A stretch of 64,000 bases of DNA from Diplonema japonicum (taxonomy: Eukaryota; Protista; Euglenozoa: Diplonemea): positions 372,001 to 436,000 of the forward strand of contig OZ025709.1 of the NCBI GenBank assembly GCA_964019335.1, given 5' to 3'. A program made the position numbers and the translations under genes. A model generated the notes under the pieces. It saw only the letters and a list, made by a program, of their open reading frames with translations, was not told where the DNA came from and made no database searches. This document shows positions 46,401 to 58,785 of this stretch, one piece after another. The number at the start of each line of letters is the position of its first letter. Positions within the stretch are counted from its first letter, which is position 1.

Positions 46401-49400
46401 GATGTAGTCGTCAGGCATGCTCATCATCTTCCTTGAGATGACAAGGGTCTTCCCTGTCCCCGTCGGTCCCACGCACAGCGTGTGGTACTTTCCGAGAGTC
46501 AGGTGACCCACAAGCCACGAGTACCTAATGACGTCTGAAGTTGTCACCACGATTTCCTGGAAGTTTGTCTCTCCGGTAACTATAAGCGACGGCGGCATCA
46601 CTGTGTCCTCCCACGGTATCCATCTCTGTTCTTGGATGCTGAAGGTATAGTCGTGGCACAGCCCTTGGTCAGGGATCTGTGTTGTTAAATCTTGGTCGCG
46701 GCGCATCTCGCCACGCAGCCACTTGTCGAAGGCCCGTCGTGACTTTCCGTCAACGGACCCGCCGGCACCCCACACAAGACAGAAGAAGAACAGCGGCTGC
46801 CATGTTGTAGGGATCTGCTGCACCTTGTCTGCGGGTGGCTCATAACCACGTGTCGGTGTGTAAGGCCCCAAGAAGGAATTGAACAGCCTGAAGGTGGACG
46901 TCACGAGGTTTGGGTCCACGGTAGGGATGTACTCCTTGCAGTGCTTCCGGACGAACTCGATCGCTGGCGGGATGAACTTGACGCACAGGCCGACCAACCC
47001 CTCCTTGCATTCATCGAAACAGGGCGGGAGGTGCTCGTCGCTCCATGACCGTACGAGTTCTTCGATCCCAATGCACGCTTCGAACTCCATGTACACCATC
47101 CCTGCACGGCTCACGGTGGCGGGAGACGCGACAGCCAAGTCTTCGACTTCGAACCAGACATTCATGTACTGCGACATGGGAATGATCTCACCGGACACTA
47201 GACAGAGCTTCTTGTTTTCATCGAGCACTGTGTTCATGGACTCGATCCACAAAGCGTCTACCGGGCCGTCGAAGATGACCCATTTCCTGGCAGGCGTGTC
47301 GTCGTTGGCTGCCGCCCTGAAGAGCTCGCACAAGATGCCGTCGGTCCATTCGTTGGTCGCCAGGTCGAACTGCCCGTACAGCTGGCCCATAGTTACTGAC
47401 TTCGGGTTGCAGATGTAAGTCCACACTTCAGAGTAGTTCGGGTTGCCCGCTTGGTGTAGCTTCGTCATCGTTTTCTGCAGTATGCGCATGGCGCATGTCT
47501 TTCCTGACATCGTGGGCCCGACTGTCATCAAACCGTGCCTCAGGATTGTCACTTCGGTCAGCTGTAGGAGTTTTTTAATGAACGCTGGCGTGGGGCGGAG
47601 GTGTGCTTCTGTGATCTCCTTGTTCGCGATCGCCAAGAACTCCGTGTAGTCGGCGTCCAACAGCTCTACGCCTGGGAACAGGTCGCTGATGATGCCGTTG
47701 AAGAGCTTGATGTCGCCCGCAAGGAACTTCGGCACGTTTGAATCACGCAGTGCTCGCAGCAGCAGCTTGTCCTCCTGCTCGTTGGGCTGTTCCCGTTTGT
47801 TGATGCCCGCCGCGTTGATGACCGTGTTCACGGCCCTCATACCAAAGTCGTAGTGGTCTTGGGAGCTGAGCTGTTCCGAGGATAGCCTGAAGGCGCCAAC
47901 CATCTTCTGGGCGAGGATGCGTGCCTCTCTGTACCCGAAGGAGAACAACCTGATCTCACCGATGAGAGCATAGTCGGGGACCATGCACGCTACAGGGCGG
48001 AACAGCACTTTTAAATTGTCCGGAAGCTCCGTCCTGCCCGCGTACCCTGGGTTCATCGTGATGAAGACGGCGTTCGTGTAGTCGACGACTATCTCGCTGC
48101 CCTCGAACATGATGCGCAGCTTGGACTCGTCGTGGATGCCCTGCCTGGCGGCCTCCTGGAGCTTGCCCACCTGCTGTGCCACCACAGACAGCACCTCAAC
48201 GTCGATTCTGTTGAACTCATCGAAGCACGCCCATGCACCGGCATTTGCAAGCCCCTTGAAGAACTTACCCATAGACTTGTAGTCCATGCCCTCTTGGCAG
48301 TTGAACACAACACACTGCTTCGCCAGCGCCTTTGCCAAATCCTTCACTGTCTCTGTTTTCCCGGTTCCGGCAGGCCCAGCAGGGGCACCACCCAAGAACA
48401 TATTCATAGCACCTGTCAGGGTGAGGAAGATTCTGTCCGTGAGGGGCGTGATGACCAGCCTCGTCATGTTGTGGCCGCCGATGTACTCACCGCCGTATTT
48501 GAAGCGTGCCTCTACTTGTTTCACGAAGCAGTCGTTGTTTTCCCAGTAGGCGCGAAGCTGGCTGATCCATTCGAAGGAGTCTGCGCTGCTGATCTTGTTT
48601 TCTGCCAGCTCCTCCACGATGTCCTTTGTGTGCACCTCGACTGTGATGAGAGCTGAGAGATTGATGCGCTGCAGCTTCGTGAGGTTCGGGTTGCGGACAG
48701 CATCGACCAAGATGAGCAGGTTGTCGACAGCCACAGGGACGTACTTCTGAAGGCCGCCGTTCTCTACGAAGTGTGACTCACAATCGGACGTCCAGTAGGC
48801 CTGTAGTACCACGCCTGCAACCTGCCCCGTCACGGAGAAGATGAACGCTTCTCTCGGCATCGTGGCAGCCGTACCCAGCGCTATCTCGATCTCAGCTCGG
48901 ATGGACCTCTTCATCATGGACTCAACCTCACCCAGCCAGTTCTCGATGTTCTTCCTCGGCAGGACAGGTTCCATGAAGGACATTTTCTCTCCCGTGTTGC
49001 TGTTGAGCCCTGTCATCTCGCACTCCTCTTCGCTCATGTCCAAGAGGTGGATGTTTTCGAACAGTTTGCGGATCTGCTTGTTCACCTTGTGCGGGTGCTT
49101 CGCCTCCGACAAGATCTGCAGCAGTTCGTCATCCGACAGGAAGTAGAACCTTGCAAAAGACGACCTCTTGTTTTCCAAGTAGTCGTTCAGACCCTTCTGC
49201 ACCTTTTCCAGCTCCACATTCGCTTTTTTAAACGCGGGGAGAATATCCTCGTCTTTATCCGTCTTGATGGTGCAGCAGAAGGTCATGACGAAAGGGGTAT
49301 CGAACGCCTTCTCCAACAGATCCTTCCACGTTTTGTTGACCTCCGTGAACCTCCTCCACTCGTTGGGAAGCTGCCTTGAGATGTCCTCGGACTGGAAGAT

Positions 49401-52400
49401 GGGTTCTAAATAAAGCCAGTTTCGTTGACACGTGATCCACTCCTCGAGGATCTCCTGGACAAGGCGTAAGGAAGACTCCCACTTGTCGATTTCAGCCTCG
49501 AACTGCTTCTTAAATGGTGAGAAGGAGAGTGCTTGCGTCGATATGAGGTGCTCGTCGAGCATCTGTTGGATCTCGTCTGAACCTTTCATGACGTAAGTGC
49601 CTGTCTCTCTGTATGGCTCGATGACGAAGGACAGCTTTTCCCATTCCGCCTTCATGGCGGTGAGTTGTTCCTCGATCTGGAACTCTTTCATGGCAACCTC
49701 GGAGACCTTCATGACCGAGTCCTGATGGAGTTGCAGTTCTAGGTTGTAAACATCATGCATAGTTGTCAGTGTAACATTCGGTCGTACTTCGAAGCCGAGT
49801 TCTTTTGAGAGTTCGGTCCAGTGTCGGTCCTTCATCCCCGGTTGGCGGAGGTACTTAACTATAGGCATGATGGGCCTGAAGTCTTCGATTTGGTTCTTGA
49901 TGCCTTCTGCCATCTTGAGAAGCGGTGCTTTGTCTTTGAAGTTTCTGACCGCCTTTGTCATCGTCTTCCACGCGTTGTTGGCGTCTGTCTCCATCTGGTT
50001 CGGGTCCAGTGTTTCGAAGGGGTCGTTTGTCCATGAGTGGTGCCATGTGAGCCAGTTGTCTGCTGTTGTCCAAAGATCTGCGTATGGTTGGAAATCCTTC
50101 ACGATCTGGTACATATTCGCGTAGTCCGTCTTCTTGGAGTTGTGGAAGAGGATCTCTCTGTTGTTGAAGTTCGACGCCTTGCCCCTCGCGTCGTCTAGCT
50201 TCTTGTTCAGTTCCTTCACCTCGTTGGCGATCTCGGCAACCTTCTTGATGTCTGTCTTCTTGTAGAACCCCGCGACCCTCCTCTGAAGCTGTTCCACATC
50301 CTTCACAAACTCGTCTTGCTCTGTCACCATCTTCTCGAGGAACCTGTCGCGGTCCTTCTCAAGCAGCTCTTCCTCCTTCTCAATAGTCTCTTCTAGTTTC
50401 TTAGGCCAGCTGATCGCCTTCCATTTTAATTCAAAGTCGTCGGAAGGCAGCTGATACTGGTACTTATCCAGTACCGTGTAGAAACCTTTCATTTTTTGTA
50501 TCTCGTTCATGATGTCCACGGTTTCGTCGGGGATTGTTTTGAATCGTTTCTTCTTTTCTGTGAGCCGTTCGATGTCTGGGGGAGGCATCTTCACCTCCGT
50601 TTCCAGTTTCTTGTACTCGCTGCACACGAAGTCTGCCTTCCCGTTCCCTATCTGGCCGATGAGGTCCATGACGCACTGTGCCAGTCGGACACATTTGTCG
50701 GCGAGCTTTGCGCGCAGCTCAGAGCAGGACACCATGTACGTCCCAAGGTTGATCTGCTCCGGTATTTGTAACAGAACGGTTTCCTTCCTGTTCAAGTGCT
50801 TCTGGATCTCAACGTCCATCTCTTGTATAGAAGGCTTCGGCATCCCATTGGGAGGTTCCTTGTACTCCGCTGCGTACTTCTCGACGTCGATGCTGACCAG
50901 GTCCAGGAAGGGGTCGTAAGTAGTGAGGTAGATGTGCAAGGGTTGTACGCTCCTCTCGACAGCGACTTCTATCCTTTTGCGCCACTCGACCACCAACGGG
51001 TTGCTCGAGCCTATCGCGGGAAGCGTCGGCATGCTGTTGTAGAAGAACTGGTCCATGACCTGATGCTCCAGCTCGGGGATGTTTTCCTGGTATTGAACAG
51101 CCTTGTCATAGATGGCAAGCGTCGTTGTCTTGAAATCGTCCTGACTCGTGGTGTAGAAGAACTTCTCGTTATCACCCATCAGGTCGACCTTGAACAGGGG
51201 CACGGGGCTTTTCACTTTCTCACCATCTGCGTCCTCTTTTTTAACGTCCTGACCCTCGTCTCCCTTGCAGACAGTCACGTCAGATAGAGAGTTCACCGTT
51301 GTTACGTATCTGCAGCCGTTTTCTATCATCTCGCAGAAGGCAGACAGAGACGCTGTGGAGAGGGAGTAGATGGTGTCTTGCATCATGAAGCGCACGGTGA
51401 TCATCAGTCTCTTCAGCTTGCTTTTCTCGTAAACGTCTTTGCTCTTCTCCCTTAGGAACACTTCGTCTGCATCAGTCGTGCCCTCAAGGGAGCTTCGTAT
51501 CGCGTTTCGCAGGTCCCCGCACCACTGCTCCTTGAGCTGCATGCATCGCTGGTCGACACATGTGTGCTGCAGCTCTGCGAACTTATCCAGAGGTATAGGG
51601 AGGTGTTGGTTGATAGTAGGCGTCAGGACGAAGAGTGTGTTCTTAAGAACATGGCTGCATTCCTCTTTGACCTTCTGGAGGGCGAGGACGATCTCTTCTT
51701 GGGAGTGTAGGTATGTGTTTGCTTGGAAGGAGTTCAGCATGCTGCCGAAGGGGTGCTCGGGTATCTCTACCTGAGCTATCTTGGGCACGGGAGGGGGAGG
51801 CTTCTCCTGAGGCATGGGGACGCCTTGGAACAGGGCGGCCTGCGAGGGGTCGTGCATGTTGAGGTCGAAGAGGATCCTGTTCAAGGTGCGGGAGTAGTCG
51901 GAGCTGATCTCCTGCACGACAGACGCGACGTTGAGGTTGTCTTCGTTGTCCAGCAGAGTGGTCGTGTTGATGGACAGGTCGCGGATGCGTTCCAGCTGCG
52001 CCTCGCCAAGCGGTTCCGTCTCATCGATAGGCATCGAGTCGATGTACAGGTGGTACCGCAGGACGGCTTCGGTTTCTTTGCGTAGCTTGTGCGCCCCTGC
52101 AACCCGCTCGGCGTGCACATCGGGGTTCTCTGCAAGGAACATGACGTGTATTCTTGGCAGCCACACTTTCTTCTTGTGGTCCTGCCATTCGATCAAAAGC
52201 TTCTGCTCATTTGTGTTCCAGTCCAGCACACCTGCTTTGCACCATTTGCCTTTCTCCACGTCGTCATTACGGAGGGCCAGTGCTGGAACGAATTTGAAAA
52301 GCCCGTCTGGGCCGAACCCCAGGCTGAGCCAGTCTTCGGGCGACCGTTCGTCGTAAGAGCTGTTGTCGAAGCCTTCCAGCGGGAGGTAGGAATGGAACAC

Positions 52401-52814
52401 GCTGCTGCTGTTGCTGGGGCCGTCGGGGATGGTCCCGCCTGGTTTTTCTTTTCCGTAGTCGATGCCCTTTTCATGGAGGAGGTCGACAAGCTTGCGTTTG
52501 CTGTACACGTCCTTCCGTCGCTGTATGGCAACTGCTCGAGGGATGCCGCCCCTTGCTGCGTGGTGTGGTGTGAACACCTTGGGGTCTGTCGATCCCTTAG
52601 GGAACTGCTCGCTCTCTTCGGTGTCGATGCGGGTGTCTTGCACCACAGGGCCGTCGTGTCCCGCCACTACTAGCGTTCCTGCCAGCTTCTTCGTGCTCCC
52701 TTGGATCTGCTGCTGTTGGGTACCCCCCGCTTGTTGCTGCGGTGGCTGATACTGTTGAAATCCATTCTGCTGCCTGCGCAGCTGTTTCAGCTGTTTGTGG
52801 CTGATCGCCGCCAT
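40014..52814 (-). CDS. DNAH1: Axonemal inner-arm dynein heavy chain, DNAH1-like (~4161 aa); 5 introns
   Basis: P-loops [32 protein letters not shown]-terminal [10 protein letters not shown] and WIKRGVA. N-terminal [17 protein letters not shown] is typical of the DNAH1 group (subfamily less certain than family). Introns 43290-43351, 43106-43170, 40540-40585, 40344-40425, 40161-40220. Confidence 0.93.
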
Positions 52815-53009
52815 CTTTTTCTTTTTTTTCCCCCCTCCCCCCCTCCTCCTTCCTGGTGATGACTTTTTTTTTTTTAAAAAAAGAAGGGGGAAATAGTCTA
52901 GGGGGTAATAGAATTTAAAAAAAAGTTTTTTCTTAAAAAATTTTAAAAAAAAAGAAGGGGGGGAAAAATACTTAACTAAATGAAACAAAAAAGAATAACC
53001 GTGTAAATG

Positions 53010-53044
<35 letters not shown>

Positions 53045-53077
53045 AAGAAAGAAATCCTTCTCCTTTCCTCATCTACC

Positions 53078-53413
53078 TCACGGAAGATAAAGGTCAACAG
53101 CGTCCGATTCCGTGTTAAGAAGTTCTTCTGTCAGCAGCTCTATCTGGTGGCGGAGATGCCGGACTGTTTCTAGAACTTCTTTCTTGAAGTCCTCTGTCTG
53201 CAGCAGCTCCGTTTTGAGGTCTTTAATCTCTGCTTCGTGCAGCCGGTTCATGTTATAAAGATACTGAATGCTTTTGCTTGTGTTGGGAATGCTCAGTGCA
53301 TCGACAATCTCTGATAACTTCTCGCATTTCGTTTTAAACATGTCCCTTTCCTCTGTAATGTATTTAATATCTTCCTCTTTGTGTGCTCCCTTTTCACTCA
53401 TGATTACTTCCAT
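53078..53413 (-). CDS. Small coiled-coil hypothetical protein (111 aa)
   Basis: Complex-sequence ORF between homopolymer spacers, heptad pattern. Confidence 0.7.
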   Translation of the reverse strand: MEVIMSEKGAHKEEDIKYITEERDMFKTKCEKLSEIVDALSIPNTSKSIQYLYNMNRLHEAEIKDLKTELLQTEDFKKEVLETVRHLRHQIELLTEELLNTESDAVDLYLP

Positions 53414-53418
53414 CTTTC

Positions 53419-53449
<31 letters not shown>

Positions 53450-53803
53450 CTTCCCTTTCCCCCTTTTTTTTTTTGTGTGCATGTGGTATTTCGTTCTTTT
53501 AAAAGTGGGATTAAAAAAAAAATCTCCATTTTTTTTTTAAGCACAAGAATGTGAGGGTAGTAAAATGAGAAGTATATAAAAAAAAGAGGAAAGGGGGGGG
53601 GGGGGGGGGGAAGAGTGAAGCAGGTAAGTAAAGAGGAATAAAAAAGGGGGATAGGGATGGGAGGGACTTACAAAGTTTTTACGATAAAATACTTACTTCT
53701 ACTTTTTTTTTTCCCGCGCCCCCGAAAAAAAAAGAATTCACCATGAAGGGATAAAGAATGAGTAACACCATAACCAATCAAGACAGAGAAAGAGCTTCTG
53801 CGT

Positions 53804-53839
<36 letters not shown>

Positions 53840-54337
53840 GTGGACGACCAGGCACACAGGGGACTTCCACGAGTAAGGGTAGCGCTACTAGTTTTATAAC
53901 TTTATTTTTCCTGCTGGGTGCGAGGTAAAAGAAATAAATAAAGAAAAAAAGAGAGAAAATGGTTCCCCTCTCCCTATCTTTCTTTTTTGTTTTTTTTTTT
54001 TTTCCCGCACTGCAAAACGATTTTCTTTTTTTTTTTTTTCCCCGTCATGAAAAGAGTTTCGATTACAATACCCAGAAGGAAAAAAAAAAAGAAAAAAAAA
54101 AAAAAACTGCGCCACATTTTTTTCCGTACTCGTGTGTGTGTTTTTTTTTTTTTTTGTGTCCCCCGCTCCTTTTTTTGACCAGCCCTCGTAACCGGCCCGT
54201 AAATTTTTTTTTTTGAAATATAGAACAGGATTATAAAAAGAAGAAGAAAAAAGAGGGGGGGTAAAAAAAAAACGCACCTAGACGGACAAAACAGCAAAAC
54301 TGCATCATAAAAAATCTTTTTTTTTTTTTCTTATCTC

Positions 54338-55363
54338 TCAAAATCTCAGAGAAACAGAAGTGTCAATCTGGGAGAGATCGTTGACAGAAATAAGATTAGC
54401 CTGCGTACCAAGGCTCAGCGAACGAGATAAACAATTGCAATTCGGGACCCTATCATAATTACTCTCATAGTAAACCGCCTCCTTGTCATTATCGAAATCG
54501 TGCCCTCGAACAAAAAAAAACTCCCCATCAGCATGGACCACCCCGTCTAGCTTCTCCCCGTATAAATTCAAGAAGAACAACGTCATCCCTTTCAACTCTT
54601 TAACAGATGGCCAGCCCTGTTCCCGAACGGCATCACGTAACGCCACACCAGGTCTGGCCCGCAGCTGTGAAGGTGTGAATAATCGATCAGACGGCCAAAG
54701 CTTGTTAATAGCAACTTGAACCTTGGCGAAAGCTTGCTGTGTGTAACTATGGTTTGCCCCGAGTCCACGGCCTATCAAAGGAGCTGCCCAGCCCAATCCT
54801 TCCTGGTAACTTCCTTTAATGTCCAGATTGATGATTAACGGAAAATGATCAGGACGAGATGCGCACCATTCAGAAATTTGTGTGAGTGTCCCTTGCAACG
54901 TATCGGGTGTTCCGCTCACGGTTAAATCATCTAATAAATTTTCATGCCGAACTTGCCAGTCTTGATGGGTTTGGTTGTACCAAGTATCTATTTCTATGTT
55001 TCTGATCCCACTTTGCAATTGTTCAGGAAGGCTGGCGTGGGTGTACTGCCAGTCCTTGACGAACGCCCAACCGAAAACGTTGCATTGGTGCGTTGAGTTG
55101 TGCGTGCCAAGGATTTGGTACTTGTCGAGGGCCTGCCCCTCATTGATTATTTTTTCCTCCACGTCCAGCGGGAGGATGTTCCTCCCCCCGCTGCCGGGGA
55201 GAACCCATTTTGCAGGTACCGCAGCCATGACCACGATCGCACAGAGGAGTGCTATAATCCCCACAGGAGTGCTTCCTATTCTGATACCTGCTTTGATGGC
55301 CAGCTGCATGCCAAACAGAACCAACCAGCATGCCGCAATGCGTTTCCACCTAACACGGGCCAT
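54338..55363 (-). CDS. PLC-like phosphodiesterase (PI-PLC-C1-like) with two N-terminal hydrophobic helices, paralogue 1 (341 aa)
   Basis: QILGTHNSTH, YTHASLPEQLQSGIRNIEID, HFPLII, GWPSVKELKG motifs. Confidence 0.8.
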   Translation of the reverse strand: MARVRWKRIAACWLVLFGMQLAIKAGIRIGSTPVGIIALLCAIVVMAAVPAKWVLPGSGGRNILPLDVEEKIINEGQALDKYQILGTHNSTHQCNVFGWAFVKDWQYTHASLPEQLQSGIRNIEIDTWYNQTHQDWQVRHENLLDDLTVSGTPDTLQGTLTQISEWCASRPDHFPLIINLDIKGSYQEGLGWAAPLIGRGLGANHSYTQQAFAKVQVAINKLWPSDRLFTPSQLRARPGVALRDAVREQGWPSVKELKGMTLFFLNLYGEKLDGVVHADGEFFFVRGHDFDNDKEAVYYESNYDRVPNCNCLSRSLSLGTQANLISVNDLSQIDTSVSLRF

Positions 55364-55569
55364 GCTTTTCCTGTAATGAATATGTGGAAGGATATAAATA
55401 GAAATGGACGGGGTGGGGAGAAAAAAAAAAACAAAGATGGGAGGGGGGGTTGCACGAAAGCATCCTTTTAGCATTACAAAAAAAAAAAAAAAAAAAAAGG
55501 TTATGCAAATTGTGCTGTTAACGAGTAGTATTGTTTATTTTTTATTTTATTTTGGGAAAAAACAATGTA

Positions 55570-56055
55570 CACGGTAACCAAATAACTTTTTTCCATCGTC
55601 GCCTTAAACCTCCAACTTTTTTTCCACCGTCCACGGTAACCTCCGACATTTCTATGCCTCATTGGGGGTTTGGTACGAAATGTAGCAAGGGGGGCAAAAC
55701 ATGATGTCATCGCAAAAGAAAAGGGAAAAAGACCTTTTAAGAGAAATGGGTGACTACCCTGAAGGCTGGGACTGAAGAGTGATTGTGGCTGTGGCGCAGC
55801 AGTTGAGTAATGAGGGTTCTGCACTTATTTTTCCCTTCTGTCTCACTTCGCTTCCAATTCTTGGTGTCTTTCCGAGCCCTGGCTGTGCCTGCACGTTTTT
55901 CCCAAGTGCACACAGACCTCTACCGCGGACGTTGGAAAAAAAGTTCTTACTTACATTACCTACCCGGACAGTGGAAAATTCTTACAAAAAACCGTAAACA
56001 GTGGTGGAAATTCTGCTTACAGACTTGAGTGGAAAAAAGTTATTTGGTTACCATG
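55570..56055. mobile_element. MITE with ~26-bp TIRs flanked by TA (Tc1/mariner-like)
   Basis: CACGGTAACCAAATAACTTTTTTCCA ... TGGAAAAAAGTTATTTGGTTACCATG. Inverted similarity extends ~9 bp further out, so the exact ends are uncertain. Confidence 0.7.
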
Positions 56056-56071
56056 TACGTTGTTCTTCTCT

Positions 56072-56103
<32 letters not shown>

Positions 56104-56747
56104 GTCACAATGAAGAGCAGGAAAGAAAAAAAGAAAATGGAGAAAAAGAACAGACTCACTCGAGATTTCGTTCAGGGGGGTGTTTTTTTTTTTTTTTTTT
56201 TTCCCTTCTTCTTTCTTTTTTTTTTCACTCCTCCCCCCCATGTTCATCTTCCGTTTGAGCAGTCAGGTTTTCTCATTTATATTAGCATAAAATGAAAGGG
56301 GGGAAGGTGGGGAAACGAAACGGTTACAGGTGTTATTATTTTTTTTTCCCCTCTCCCCCCCTTCTCCCTTTTGATATAACAGTTTCTTTCTTTTGTAAAC
56401 TCATCCCACCGCCATGGAGTTTCTTTCTTGAGAATTACTAAAGGTTTCTGTTCAAAAAGAAATCAAAAGAAAGGAACTGAAAGAAAGAAAAAGAAGAAAA
56501 TAAGATAAGGGCCCAACTCCGTTAGAGAAAAATTGCCGGTTTGAACTATAAAAAAAAGAAGGGTGTGTGTGTGTGTCATTGTTGGGAGAAAAAAAAAAGG
56601 GGGGGGAAAAAAAGAGAGAAAAAAAACAAACAAAAACAGATAGACCAGAACTTTTCCAGTAAATTCAGAGAAAGCATCTAAAAAAAAAAGAAAAATAGGG
56701 GGGGGAAGAAGGAAAAAAAAACCTTTATTGCTTTTTTTTTTTGTATA

Positions 56748-57071
56748 CTGTAAGGCGAAAAAAGCCGGAGTGGCAAACCCCAGAAGCGAAAAAATCCCGG
56801 ATCATCCCTTGCACGAAGCAAAGAGAGCAAGGTAAAGACCCAGAAAGACCCTCCAGGTCAAGATGGGAAATACGCCAGGTATCAAAACAAAATCGGGGTG
56901 CTTCTACTTGCACCTTATTGTTGCTGACCTCAACTGCCACACCGGACCCCTTCTTGAAGATAGTGTTACCCCCATAAGCCCCTCAGCTAAAAAAAGATTC
57001 CGGGGGGAAAAAAAAAAGCTCGGATATTTTTTTCTCTTCCGGATTTTTTTTTTTTTTTTTCGTTTTTACAG
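56748..57071. mobile_element. MITE related to the pogo-like element at 7805-9377
   Basis: TA-CTGTAAGGCGAAAA ... TTCGTTTTTACAG-TA with CCGGA subterminal motifs. Confidence 0.7.
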
Positions 57072-57165
57072 TATTTACTTTCTTTCTCCCTCTTTTCTTG
57101 TTAACTTAAACTTAAAAAGAGAGGGCAAGGAACACAAGGGAAAGAAAAAGAAGGGGGGAGGAAGG

Positions 57166-57261
57166 GGCGGCTATGCGGAAGGATTCAGAACGCGTTTCCA
57201 AGCATTTTTTGAATTAAGGAAACGGAAACGTTTTTCCCCGTTTCTTTCCATCATAGCCCGA
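57166..57261. mobile_element. Tiny hAT-like MITE (same family as 10728-12055)
   Basis: GGCTATG/CATAGCC inverted ends. Shares CAAGCATTTTTT..TAAGGAAACGGAAACGTTT with 10738-10776. Confidence 0.5.
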
Positions 57262-57505
57262 GGGGGGGGGGGGGGGGGGGGGGTAGGAATAGCGATCGAA
57301 TCACCTGGAAGTAATTACGGACTAAAGAAAAAAGTCACACGGTCTCGCCCTTTATATTTATTTTTCTTTTTTTTTGCCCCCCCTCGTTCCTTCCTCTTTT
57401 TTTCTCTTTCTCCCCAGTTGAGAAGGGGGGGGAAGAAAGAAAGAAAGAAAAAAAAAAGAAAAAAAAAAAAAAAAAAAAAAAACGAGAGAAAAAAAAAAAA
57501 AGACA

Positions 57506-57596
57506 TAAAGGAGGCCAGTGTTGGTGGCGCTCTACACAAGCACAACGTGTCCCTAATATGTGCGGTGACCCAGCCAAGGGGTAACCATGTTATCCC
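57506..57596 (-). mobile_element. Family A element, internally deleted derivative lacking the ribozyme core
   Basis: Collinear blocks match 7499-7533, CGTGTCC.TAAT..GTGCGGT and GGGTAACCA, then CCATGTTATCCC (=19911-19922). Confidence 0.7.
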
Positions 57597-57723
57597 TACA
57601 ATAAAAAAAAAAAAAAAAAGAAGAAGAAAAAAAAAATGATAATTTTCGGTGCGGGTGGGTGCTCACGTAACCCCACAAAAAAGAGAGGGGGGAAAAAAAA
57701 AGCTAATTTGAACACGCAACACT

Positions 57724-58785
57724 TCACATTAGGTAAACCGAAGTCTCCACACCAGTAAGGTAATTAGGAGAGATGAAGTTAGCTGGCGTGTCGAGGCTGA
57801 GAGAACGCGACACACAGTTGTGCTGCTGGACCCTGTCGTAGTTGTTCTCATAGTACACGTAATCCTTGTCGTTGTCGAAGTCGTGCCCTCTGACAAAGAA
57901 GAGTTTTTCATCAGCATGGATAGCGCCACCCTTCAGCTCCCCGTACAGGTTCAAGAACACCAATGTCTTCCCCTTCAAATCTGTAACGGACGGCCACCCG
58001 TTTTCCCGGACATAGTCACGAAGCGAAACACCGGACGTGGCGTTGGCCTTAAGATCCATGGGTGTGAAGAGCTTGTTTGGTTTCCAAATCGATTTAACAA
58101 TGTCTTTAACCTTTTGGTACGCAGCGGGTGTGTAACTACTGTCGGTTTGAAGGCCTCGCCCGAAGATAGGAGCTGCCCAAGCAAACCCGTATGTGTAGCT
58201 TCCTTTGATGTCAAGGTTGAGGATCAACGGGAAGTGGTCAGGGTGTGCCTTCGACCATTCGTAGATTCTCTCGAGGCTCCCGTGCAAGGATGCTGGTGCG
58301 TCATCCACGGTCAGCTGGTCGATTAAATTTTCGTGAAGCATAAACCACTCATCGTTCGTGCGGTCGTACCAAGCATCAATCTCGAAATGTCTAATACCCT
58401 GGTCAAGCTGTGATTTGAGCGGAGGCAGGGTGTACCTCCACACTTTGATGAAGAAGAGGCCGAAGACATTCGCTACGTGGGAAGAGTTGTGCGCACCAAT
58501 GACCTGAAACTTGTCCAGGCTCGCACCGTTGTGGACGAGCCCTTCCTCCACGCCCTTCGGCAGGAGGTTCCCCCAGTGCTGCTCGGAGATGCAACACGCA
58601 GGGACAGACATCAAATAAACAACGATGCAGGCCAGCGTTACGATTCCCACGATAATGGAGGTCAGCACTATGTCAAGCGTGTCGCCGGGAAGCACCTCCG
58701 TCCCATACAGGGCCCCTGCGGTCCCGTAGAAGATGAGCAACACAATCGTTGCATGCACGATGCGTGGCCAGGCAATACGGGCCAT
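57724..58785 (-). CDS. PLC-like phosphodiesterase (PI-PLC-C1-like), paralogue 2 (353 aa)
   Basis: QVIGAHNSSH, QLDQGIRHFEID, HPDHFPLIL, GWPSVTDLKGK. Collinear with paralogue 1. Confidence 0.8.
   Translation of the reverse strand: MARIAWPRIVHATIVLLIFYGTAGALYGTEVLPGDTLDIVLTSIIVGIVTLACIVVYLMSVPACCISEQHWGNLLPKGVEEGLVHNGASLDKFQVIGAHNSSHVANVFGLFFIKVWRYTLPPLKSQLDQGIRHFEIDAWYDRTNDEWFMLHENLIDQLTVDDAPASLHGSLERIYEWSKAHPDHFPLILNLDIKGSYTYGFAWAAPIFGRGLQTDSSYTPAAYQKVKDIVKSIWKPNKLFTPMDLKANATSGVSLRDYVRENGWPSVTDLKGKTLVFLNLYGELKGGAIHADEKLFFVRGHDFDNDKDYVYYENNYDRVQQHNCVSRSLSLDTPANFISPNYLTGVETSVYLM

Noticed and set aside
56917-56931. 15-nt match (ATTGTTGCTGACCTC) to the family B P2/P3 strand, on the plus strand
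   Set aside because: No L3, P3', P1.1 or CGAA follows; it lies inside a MITE; chance or an uninterpretable fragment.
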